DNA of 24,000 nucleotides from the NCBI RefSeq assembly GCF_900095385.1, contig NZ_FMID01000061.1, positions 42,808 through 66,807 of the forward strand, read 5' to 3'. A program made the position numbers and the translations under genes. Below, in pieces: positions 1 through 7,166 of this stretch (position 1 is the first letter of the stretch; each line of letters starts with the position of its first letter). This DNA comes from Methanoculleus chikugoensis. GTDB taxonomy: Archaea > Halobacteriota > Methanomicrobia > Methanomicrobiales > Methanoculleaceae. Under the pieces are notes generated by a model. That model was not told where the DNA came from. It did no database searches and saw only the letters and a list, made by a program, of their open reading frames with translations.

Positions 1-35
1 TCGGGAAGGCCGGACGCCCGGTCGTTCTCGGTCAT
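1..35 (-). CDS. 5' end of an unidentified gene running off the left edge (partial)
   Basis: ATG at 35-33 on the minus strand is followed by 11 open codons (MTENDRASGLP) to the window edge. A TATA-like TTTATAT/ATATAAA at 64-70 lies ~29 nt upstream, the spacing expected for a short-leader or leaderless archaeal mRNA. Too short to name. Confidence 0.3.
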   Translation of the reverse strand, partial: MTENDRASGLP

Positions 36-550
36 TGCTTTTGATAAAATATCCTCTTCTCGCTTTATATCGCTGTCTATTTTCACCCGCCAATGGGCCG
101 TCCGGGGACGTGACGCGCCCTCCCGGGTGATGGAAGGAGGCGATTCTGCTTGATGACTCCTTCCGGCCGGGGGCTTTCTGCCCCTCTGTGTCGTGAGTTC
201 CGGAACGGGCGCAGTCGGATACCGGGTTCCTCTGCCGGTTTGCCCCTCGCGATCCTCGTGCGACTGCTGTCGTTCTTCCCGGAGGTGGTACGGTTCCCGT
301 TCGGTTCTCCGGACACCGGGCAATGAAAGCAGCAATGCATCCGACCCTGGTGCGGGCCGGAGGTAGAGACTCCCGTGGCCGTGCCGGAGAAGTGGTTGGC
401 GCGGCCCGGGACGACCGTCGAGCGGATGCAAAATAATTGCATTATTCTGCGCATTTCGGAAAAATTCGCCGGGTTTTACGGACAGTTTGGAAATCCAAAT
501 GCCAATTTTTTCCGAATACTCGAACATTATTCACAAAACCGTAATGAAAT

Positions 551-578
551 GCATATATAGTAGAGTGTAGAACTACAC
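551..578 (+). promoter_or_regulatory. Putative promoter of the sensor kinase gene: TATA box plus adjacent perfect palindrome
   Basis: The only strong TATA-like element upstream of the kinase is gcATATATAg (551-560). It is followed at once by the palindrome GTGTAG-aa-CTACAC (565-578), positioned between TATA and the expected transcription start like an operator. Confidence 0.4.
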
Positions 579-683
579 CGCATCGACCTCTCCGGCGGAG
601 CACGGGGGACAGGTACAACAGTATTTTCTTCCGGGAGGATGCTGCCCTGCATACCGGCCGGAGGAGCACGAGGAGAGCGCTGT

Positions 684-3600
684 ATGATATCGGTCCTCTA
701 TGTTGATGACGAGCCGGGTCTCCTTGAACTGTCCCGGCTCTTCCTGGAGAGCACGGGAGAGTTCCATGTCGCAACCTCGACATCGGCGCAGGAAGCCCTG
801 GCCGACCCCGCAATCCGGTCATACGACGCCGTCATCTCCGATTACCAGATGCCCGGGATGGACGGGATCGCTTTCCTGAAGGTCGTCCGGGAGCGGTTCG
901 GCGACATCCCGTTCATCCTCTTCACCGGTCGGGGCCGCGAAGAGGTCGTGATCGAGGCCATCAACAACGGCGCCGACTTCTACGTCCAGAAGGGGGGGGA
1001 CCCGAAGGCCCAGTTCGCCGAACTCGCGCACAAGGTCCGGCAGGCGGTGAGACGAAAGCGGGCAGAGATTACCGTCGCGGAGCAGGAGCAGCGCTACCTG
1101 GACATCCAGAACGCCAACGACCTGATCCAGAGCGTCACCCCTGACGGGCACTTCCGCTTCGTCAATACGAAATGGCTGGATACTCTCGGGTATACGGCGG
1201 AGGAACTCCCGAACCTTACGGTGTTCGACATCATCCATGAGGATAGCGCAGATCACTGCGCCGAAACGTTCCGGCGGGTGATGGCCGGCGAGAACGTCGG
1301 GATCATCGACGCGGTCTTCAGAACCCGGGACGGCAGGAAAGTCTACGTCGAGGGTGTGGCGGACTGCAAGACGGTGGACGGAAGATGCCGGTACACCCGG
1401 GGGATCTTCAAGGACGTTACCGATCGGAGACGGATGGAAGCGGCGCTTGCCGAGAGCCGTGACTATCTCCACCAGATCTACGCATCGACACAGGGCGGGA
1501 TCGTCATCATCGATGCCGGGACGCACGAGATTGTGGACCTCAACCCCGCTGCTGCGGAGATGATCGGGACGAGCGGGGACCAGATCGTCGGCACAATCTG
1601 TCATCGGTGTATCTGTCCGAACGAACGGGGCAGGTGCCCGATCACGGATCTGCACCAGGATCTCGACAATGCCGAGTCTACGTTGCTCACCGCTGACGGG
1701 GGACGGGTCGACATCATAAAATCCGTCGTCCGGTTCAACCTCAACGGGCGGGAATGCCTGCTGGAGACCTTCATCGATAACACGGAGCGCAAGATTGCGG
1801 CGGACGAACTCCACGCCGCCTATGCAAAGGTTACGGTTGCCGAAGAAGAACTCCGCAAGAATTACGATCTGCTCAGTGAGAAGGAGCAGGCGCTCCGCGA
1901 GAGCACCGAGATGTTCCGGGCGGTCGTGGAGCAGTCAAACGAGGGAATCGTCATCACCGACGTTACCGGAAGGCTCCTGTACGCCAATCCACGGGCGGCC
2001 GAGATCGTCGAGATCCCAGATGACCTGAACCCGGCAGGCGGGATCAATGTGCTGGATTTTGTCGCCCCGGAGTTCAGAGAGAGCGCAGTAAGCCGTTTCC
2101 GCAAGGGTGTGCAGGAGCACGGCCGATACCAGATGGACTGCAAGATCGACACCCTTGCGCAGAGGGAGAGGTGGCTTGAGTGCACCGGGAGAATGATCGT
2201 CCTGCATGGTTCGCCGGCCATGCTCCTCTCGTTCAGGGATATTACCGAACGCGTGCAGGCGGAGAAGGCGCTGCGCGACTCGGAATACAAGTTTGCCACG
2301 GTTTTCCGGAGTAACCCTGTTCCGTTGACCCTTACGTCGGGTTCCGGCGGCGCCTTCATCGACGTCAACGATGCGTTTCTCCGTAGCTCCGGATATACCC
2401 GGGAGGAACTGATCGGTAAAATCGCAGGCGAAATGGATTTTTTTGTCGATGACGACGAAAACGCCCGGTTCGTCTCGAAGCTCCGGGCTGAGCAGACCGT
2501 GCACGGCATGGAGCTGCGGTGCCGCAACAAGGCCGGGGAGATCCGGACCTGCCGGTTCTCTTCGCGCATCGTGCCGATCGGCGGCGTGCCTCACATCCTC
2601 ACGACGATCGAGGATATTACGGAATACAAAAAGGCACAGGAGGCGATCCGCGAGAGTGGAGAGCGTTACCGCCTCATCCTGGAAAATGCACACGAAGGCG
2701 TGCTGATCAATGAGCTCACGCCGAGAGGGCCGGGGAAGTTCATCGACGTCAACGAATCGGCCTGCCGGATCCTTGGCATGACGCGGGAGGAGATCCAGGG
2801 CGTAAGTCTCGTCGATCTCGACACTCCTGAGATGCGGAGAAGAGCTCCCGGGTATGTTCAGGACCTGATACGAACCAAGCACGCAGTCTTCCAGACCCAC
2901 TACCGGACGAGAGACAACCAGGAGAAGATCATCGATATCAGCACCAGCCTGCTCGATCTCGACGGACAACAGGCCACGATCTCGGTCGTCCGCGACATCA
3001 CGGAACAGCGGGCTGCGGAGTCGGCGCTCCATGCGCTGGTCGCCGGCATGGTGGGAGCGACCGGCATGGAGTCGCTCGACCGGATAGCGGAGAGCCTCAG
3101 TGCCTGGCTTGGGGCCGACTGCGTCATGATCGGCGAGATCGCGCCGGACGGTGGGCGTGTCCGGCTGCTCTCCATGCTCCTTGACGGCAAGAAGATCCCG
3201 GACTACTCCTATATCCTGAGGGGTACGCCCTGTGAGAATGCCGCGGCAACCGGGTTCTGCGTCTACCCCGACAATGTTGCCGAACTCTTCCCCGAGAGCC
3301 GGGATATCCGGGAGTTCAACATCCGGGGCTATGCCGGGACCCCGCTCCGGGATTTCACGGGGCGGGTCGTGGGCATCCTCTGCCTCTTGACCCGGACCCC
3401 GCTCACCCTGCCGCCTTCCGCCCCTGAGTTCATCGAGATCATCGCTGCGAAAGCGGCGGCCGAGATAGAGCGCATGAACGCTCTTGCGGCGCTCTCCGAG
3501 AGCGAAGAGAAGTTCCGGACTCTTGTGGAGCATTCGCTCGACGGCATTCTCATCCTTGATCCCGAAGGGGACGTCCTCTTCGCGAACCGTGCCGCAGGTC

Positions 3601-4523
3601 GGCTTATCGGCACAGATGATCCCGCCGGGCTGATCGGGAAGAGGAACGTGATGGAGTTCATCGCCCCCGCATCAAAGGGGGATGCGGTCAGGGATTTTGA
3701 GAATGTGGCAGGAGGGATGGACGGGTACGTCGCACGCTACCGGATCGTCACGACGAAGCAGGATGTCCGGTGGGTCGAGAGTCTCGGGAAGACCATCGTC
3801 TTCAACGGTGCTCCGTCGATCCTGATCTCGCTTCGTGACGTTACCGAGCGGCAGCGCGCGGAAGAGGCGCTGCACCAGGCAAACAAGAAACTCAACCTCC
3901 TCTCGGGCATCACCCGGCACGACATCAACAACCAGCTCCAGATCCTGAACGGCTATCTCGCGTTCCTGCAGGAGAAGAATGCTGATCCCTCGGCCGCGGA
4001 GATGCTGTCCCACGTTGCCACGGCAAGCAGACGGATCTCGTCGATGATCCAGTTCACGCAGGATTACGAGGAGGTCGGGGTGCACCTCCCCGTCTGGCAG
4101 AACCTCCGGACCCTCGTGACGGGTGCGGGCAGGGACGCCGGCCTCGACGGGGTCGCGCTGGAGAATGAGATCCCCGACGGGATGGAGGTGTTTGCCGATC
4201 CTCTCATAACTGAGGTCTTCTTCAACCTGATTGACAACTCCCTGCGCCACGGGGAGAAGACCACGACGATCCGCTTTGCGTTCGGGATTCGCGACGGGGA
4301 CTGCGTCGTCGTCTGCGAGGATGACGGCGGCGGTGTTGAACCCGGTCTCAAAGAGAAGATCTTTGAGCGGGGATTTGGGAAGAACACCGGTTTCGGGCTC
4401 TTCCTCTCGCGGGAAGTCCTGGGTATCACCGGCATCACGATCCGGGAGACCGGGGATGCAGGCAGGGGGGCACGGTTCGAGATCACGATACCCCGGGGGC
4501 AGTACCGGGTTGGCCCGGCGTAG
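684..4523 (+). CDS. Hybrid sensor histidine kinase: N-terminal receiver (REC), about six PAS domains, one GAF domain, C-terminal HK/HATPase core
   Basis: ORF 639..4523. I prefer the ATG at 684 (MISVLYVDDEPG..., a canonical REC start with D-D...D...K pattern), which is preceded by GAGGAGAG 6 nt upstream. PAS-like modules recur, each ending in a (F/L)(K/R)D(I/V)TE(R/Y)K-type motif. GAF-like segment: LDRIAESLSAWLGADCVMIGEI. H-box: LSGITRHDINNQL. ATPase motifs: NLIDNSLRHG and GFGLFLSREV. Confidence 0.9.
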   Translation: MISVLYVDDEPGLLELSRLFLESTGEFHVATSTSAQEALADPAIRSYDAVISDYQMPGMDGIAFLKVVRERFGDIPFILFTGRGREEVVIEAINNGADFYVQKGGDPKAQFAELAHKVRQAVRRKRAEITVAEQEQRYLDIQNANDLIQSVTPDGHFRFVNTKWLDTLGYTAEELPNLTVFDIIHEDSADHCAETFRRVMAGENVGIIDAVFRTRDGRKVYVEGVADCKTVDGRCRYTRGIFKDVTDRRRMEAALAESRDYLHQIYASTQGGIVIIDAGTHEIVDLNPAAAEMIGTSGDQIVGTICHRCICPNERGRCPITDLHQDLDNAESTLLTADGGRVDIIKSVVRFNLNGRECLLETFIDNTERKIAADELHAAYAKVTVAEEELRKNYDLLSEKEQALRESTEMFRAVVEQSNEGIVITDVTGRLLYANPRAAEIVEIPDDLNPAGGINVLDFVAPEFRESAVSRFRKGVQEHGRYQMDCKIDTLAQRERWLECTGRMIVLHGSPAMLLSFRDITERVQAEKALRDSEYKFATVFRSNPVPLTLTSGSGGAFIDVNDAFLRSSGYTREELIGKIAGEMDFFVDDDENARFVSKLRAEQTVHGMELRCRNKAGEIRTCRFSSRIVPIGGVPHILTTIEDITEYKKAQEAIRESGERYRLILENAHEGVLINELTPRGPGKFIDVNESACRILGMTREEIQGVSLVDLDTPEMRRRAPGYVQDLIRTKHAVFQTHYRTRDNQEKIIDISTSLLDLDGQQATISVVRDITEQRAAESALHALVAGMVGATGMESLDRIAESLSAWLGADCVMIGEIAPDGGRVRLLSMLLDGKKIPDYSYILRGTPCENAAATGFCVYPDNVAELFPESRDIREFNIRGYAGTPLRDFTGRVVGILCLLTRTPLTLPPSAPEFIEIIAAKAAAEIERMNALAALSESEEKFRTLVEHSLDGILILDPEGDVLFANRAAGRLIGTDDPAGLIGKRNVMEFIAPASKGDAVRDFENVAGGMDGYVARYRIVTTKQDVRWVESLGKTIVFNGAPSILISLRDVTERQRAEEALHQANKKLNLLSGITRHDINNQLQILNGYLAFLQEKNADPSAAEMLSHVATASRRISSMIQFTQDYEEVGVHLPVWQNLRTLVTGAGRDAGLDGVALENEIPDGMEVFADPLITEVFFNLIDNSLRHGEKTTTIRFAFGIRDGDCVVVCEDDGGGVEPGLKEKIFERGFGKNTGFGLFLSREVLGITGITIRETGDAGRGARFEITIPRGQYRVGPA

Positions 4524-4541
4524 GGGCGGGGTTTTGTCTGC

Positions 4542-5147
4542 CTAATCTTCCATATACTCTCTTTGTTTCTCCTCCCAGTACTCCTTATCTTCAGGTGTTA
4601 TCGCACGCAACACCCTGCACGGATTTCCAACGGCGATCACGTCGTTGGGTATATTGTTCGTTACGACGGAGCCGGAGCCGATCACCACATTGTTCCCGAC
4701 TGTTACTCCCGGATTGATGACGGTGTTCGCTCCAATCCAGACACTGTTGCCTATCGTTATCGGTTCTCCGTACTCGAGATTCGCGTCTCTCACCTCTGCG
4801 TCGATCGGATGTGCCGCGGTATATATGCCGACACGAGGGCCGAGGAAGACATGATCGCCGATCGCCACATCGCAGACATCGATGATGATGCAGTCATAGT
4901 TCGCGTAAAAATCATCGCCGATACGAATGTGGCAGCCGTAATCACAGCGAAACGGCGGTTCGATAGAGATATGCTCGCCGGTGGATTGAAAGAGTTCCGT
5001 TAGCAGTTCTGTCCGGTATTCCGGTTCCTCTTCTGTCGTTTCATTGAATAATCGTGTCAATCTTCTGGCTCTCAGGCTATCCCGCTTCAGTTCTTCGTCC
5101 TGTGCGGCATAGAGTTCTCCGCGTAACATCCTCTCTTTCTCCGTCAT
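4542..5147 (-). CDS. maa: Maltose/galactoside O-acetyltransferase family (left-handed beta-helix, hexapeptide repeats)
   Basis: From the ATG at 5147, MTEKERMLRGELYAAQDEEL...RARRL aligns with the E. coli Maa N-terminus as I remember it (STEKEKMIAGELY). Hexapeptide repeats follow (IGDHVFLGPRV, IGNSVWIGANTVINPGVTVGNNVVIGSGSVV). GC is visibly lower than in the neighbouring kinase gene. Confidence 0.85.
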   Translation of the reverse strand: MTEKERMLRGELYAAQDEELKRDSLRARRLTRLFNETTEEEPEYRTELLTELFQSTGEHISIEPPFRCDYGCHIRIGDDFYANYDCIIIDVCDVAIGDHVFLGPRVGIYTAAHPIDAEVRDANLEYGEPITIGNSVWIGANTVINPGVTVGNNVVIGSGSVVTNNIPNDVIAVGNPCRVLRAITPEDKEYWEEKQREYMED

Positions 5148-5469
5148 GGCCGGTTCCCCTATATGGATACATTTGAGGCGCTGGAGAAAAATTCGTTCGT
5201 GAACCGTGACCGCCCTGGTGTGGTCATCCATATGAGGTTACAGGAGACGAATCTTCGATCTTCTTTGCTTGAGTTATTCTCCGGCTTCGGAACATGGAGA
5301 GGGGTTTGTGAGGGAACCTCCGGGATACGCGGGGTGAGGGGCAGTTACCGGCCGCTAACGGCGCTGGCTGTGTGTCAGCGTCGAGTTCCTCAGGGGTATG
5401 TCGCCGGGCCCTCCTGCGCAGGGGGGTTTACTATCATCAAGCCGCTCGGATTGTTCCGGGAGGGGTTCG

Positions 5470-6048
5470 CTATAAGTCCCACCGTTTTTCAATGCACCGA
5501 TAACAGAAGTTGATCGTGGGCTTGAAGGTGGTATCTATTTGCGTATAATATTCGATATCCCATTTGTATTCTTTCCCGGCAATCAGCCCCTTGCATACGT
5601 TCCCGGCGCTCCCTGCGATGCATTCCATAAGTCCGTCCTGAACCAGGAGCATGACATCCTGATGATCTTTAAGCCCGTGATCCATGAGTGTGGTGAGTCG
5701 TTCAAGTTCCATTGAGACGGATTGTATCAGGTTGGCCGGTTCGTCCTCCTCGGGCATCGCGAGGACGAATACGTGAGCCACGCTTCGATCGATCAGTTGT
5801 ACGCTCAAGCGGCGATCGTATATGGGGTCGGATGGATCTTGCGCTTCTTGAGGTCTATCGTCTAAGTCTTCCGATATGCATGCATTGAGGTATCCGTGCT
5901 GCCTGAGGGCATCCTTCAGTTTGAGCAGATCGTTCTTTCTCTCCCGATAAAATGAGCCGTAAATGCCGATGGGGAGCTCTCGCTTCATTCTCTCGAAGCG
6001 AATGCGAGGTGTGTTCTCTCTATTCGAGTGTCCCCCCCGAGGAGCCAT
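5470..6048 (-). CDS. Hypothetical protein, alternating beta/alpha (Rossmann or flavodoxin-like) pattern; no family recognised
   Basis: 192-codon ORF with normal amino-acid composition. A TTATAAT TATA-like box sits ~23 nt upstream of the ATG at 6048 (leaderless geometry). Hydrophobic strand-like segments (IGIYGSF, AHVFVLAMP, DVMLLVQDG) alternate with helical segments. An alternative start is at 5988. Confidence 0.6.
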   Translation of the reverse strand: MAPRGGHSNRENTPRIRFERMKRELPIGIYGSFYRERKNDLLKLKDALRQHGYLNACISEDLDDRPQEAQDPSDPIYDRRLSVQLIDRSVAHVFVLAMPEEDEPANLIQSVSMELERLTTLMDHGLKDHQDVMLLVQDGLMECIAGSAGNVCKGLIAGKEYKWDIEYYTQIDTTFKPTINFCYRCIEKRWDL

Positions 6049-6083
6049 TAAGAAAGTATTATCATCGCGACATTATAACAATT

Positions 6084-6144
6084 AGTTACAAAATTCTAAC
6101 TGAGGTTAGAGATAAGGTTGATAACAGTTAGTCATATGTAACTG
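6084..6144. promoter_or_regulatory. Divergent promoter/operator region with repeated TAACTG/CAGTTA half-sites
   Basis: This is the AT-rich spacer between the divergent genes 5470..6048(-) and 6166..6756(+). Perfect inverted repeats: TCTAAC-tgag-GTTAGA (6095-6110) and CAGTTA-gtcatatg-TAACTG (6125-6144). The related AGTTAC occurs at 6084-6089. TAACTG or its complement occurs three times in 50 nt. Confidence 0.5.
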
Positions 6145-6165
6145 GTATCCGTGTTGAGGTGAGGT

Positions 6166-6756
6166 ATGGAGCAGGCAGTCGTTGAAAAATTCCTGGACGA
6201 AGTTCCCTACGAGGCCCGGGCCGCCGTGACGGAACTGAATGGCGATCTCCGGTGGGCCGTGTACGTTGCCCTGGTGCTCGAGGGCAGGAAGTACTTCAAT
6301 GAGATTAAAGAGGAGTTCAAGGCGAACCCGAACACCATCGGCCCTGTTCTGAAAGGTCTTGTCGACGGCGGGCTTGTGGCAAGGAAGATCGCCAAACTCG
6401 AGGATTTTGCCGATAAACGGAAGGTGTTCTACGAGCCGACCGCTCTCGGGCTGCGGCTGTTTAAGGTCCTGAACGATGTCGCCATTCCCGGGGGGCGGGC
6501 GCCCCGGGGGTCGCGTGTCGGGGTGGAGGCGGGAACGGCTGCCGGCGCGGGAACGGAAAGGGATACGGGAGTCCGCGGAAGCTACGCGAGGGAACCGGAG
6601 ATGACAACGCCGGGGAGTGTTGCGGAGCCGGGGATGCGGTGGAGGCGTGTAGGGCGGCCGAGGATAGCGGTATCGAGGAAGGGTTCGGTGGCGGGTAAGC
6701 CCCAGGGAGCAACGAGGCGGGGCCGGAACAGGAGGCTTCTACGCGATCGAGTATGA
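6166..6756 (+). CDS. Winged helix-turn-helix transcriptional regulator (ArsR/PadR-like N-terminal ~105 aa) with an Arg/Gly-rich low-complexity C-terminal tail
   Basis: ATG at 6166 is preceded by GAGGTGAGGT. The N-terminal part (LRWAVYVALVLEGRKYFNEIKEEF...IGPVLKGLVDGGLVARK...KVFYEPTALG) has the helix-turn-helix-wing layout. The last ~90 aa are G/R/A/P-rich and are encoded by a much more GC- and G-rich segment. Confidence 0.7.
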   Translation: MEQAVVEKFLDEVPYEARAAVTELNGDLRWAVYVALVLEGRKYFNEIKEEFKANPNTIGPVLKGLVDGGLVARKIAKLEDFADKRKVFYEPTALGLRLFKVLNDVAIPGGRAPRGSRVGVEAGTAAGAGTERDTGVRGSYAREPEMTTPGSVAEPGMRWRRVGRPRIAVSRKGSVAGKPQGATRRGRNRRLLRDRV

Positions 6757-6786
6757 ACCGCAACCAATCGGCAACATGTGGGAACT

Positions 6787-7164
6787 CTATACGAGTCTGT
6801 CTTCTTGCTCCCGCTCAACTTCTGTTGAGGGTCGCCTCCTCAGACCCCCGGGGACGTACCTCTCCATGCCTTCCTCCGTATGCACCCTCTCAAGAATCCC
6901 GCTTAGCGCTTCAGCGAGTTTCTGTGCGGCGGCGTGCGACATGTAGACGCGTGTTCCGTTTATCCGCGCTCTACCGTCCCGGCGGACGCCGGGCATCTCC
7001 AGAAAGTCGATGCAGACATCTCTGTGCGCTACCTGCACGTACGCAAGGTTTGAGTAGGAACTGTGCGTGATATCCAGCTGCAGTTCCTCCGGCTCGAACC
7101 GATAGAGTTTGCGGAGATCGACGGCAATTGCTCCATCTTTCTTCTCTTTCTGCTCCCCCTCCAT
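6787..7164 (-). CDS. DUF3467-like protein
   Basis: From the ATG at 7164 (MEGEQKEKKDG...). The core YSNLAYVQVAHRDVCIDFLEMPG...ARINGTRVYMSHAAAQKLAEALSGILERV matches my recollection of the DUF3467 pattern (N...h..eF.lDF...r..m.p..ak.l..aL). The start lies 2 nt after the stop of the upstream wHTH gene. Confidence 0.65.
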   Translation of the reverse strand: MEGEQKEKKDGAIAVDLRKLYRFEPEELQLDITHSSYSNLAYVQVAHRDVCIDFLEMPGVRRDGRARINGTRVYMSHAAAQKLAEALSGILERVHTEEGMERYVPGGLRRRPSTEVEREQEDRLV

Positions 7165-7166
7165 GG

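Noticed and set aside
95-420. Possible SRP (7S) RNA or RNase P RNA. The ~313-nt length, paired termini and a CCGGCCGGAAGGAG segment on the minus strand loosely recall SRP helix 8 (..CC-GGAA-GG.AGCA..).
   Set aside because: Universally conserved elements are missing on both strands. There is no UGUAAC-type Alu motif. There is no GNAR tetraloop closed by a proper stem with the AGCA/AGG loops; GGAAGGAG instead pairs perfectly with CUCCUUCC 18 nt away. There is no GAGGAAAGUCC or ACAGAA..GGCUUA P4 sequence. The region is kept only as an unclassified structured-RNA candidate.
83-454. ORF on the minus strand (123 aa) with fairly high third-position GC.
   Set aside because: The product is G/R/P/S-rich low complexity (…GRANHFSGTATGVSTSGPHQGR…RPFRNSRHRGAESPRPEG…) with no domain-like pattern. 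Any long open frame in GC-rich DNA shows elevated GC3. There is no convincing start context. It is not called as a CDS but is listed as the alternative hypothesis in the first finding.
819-3533. Long ORFs antisense to the sensor kinase gene (819..1814, 1862..2569, 1935..3533, 3672..4250, 4064..4486, all minus strand).
   Set aside because: These are typical shadow ORFs of a high-GC gene. Their products are Arg/Pro/Gly/Asp-rich with no motifs, and they overlap entirely a strongly supported multi-domain CDS on the other strand.
5163-5513. 116-aa ORF on the plus strand in the gap between maa and the 192-aa gene.
   Set aside because: It has no start context and an odd composition. It overlaps the 3' end of the better-supported minus-strand gene. 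The underlying 5230-5469 DNA looks like an ORF-free GC-rich relic.
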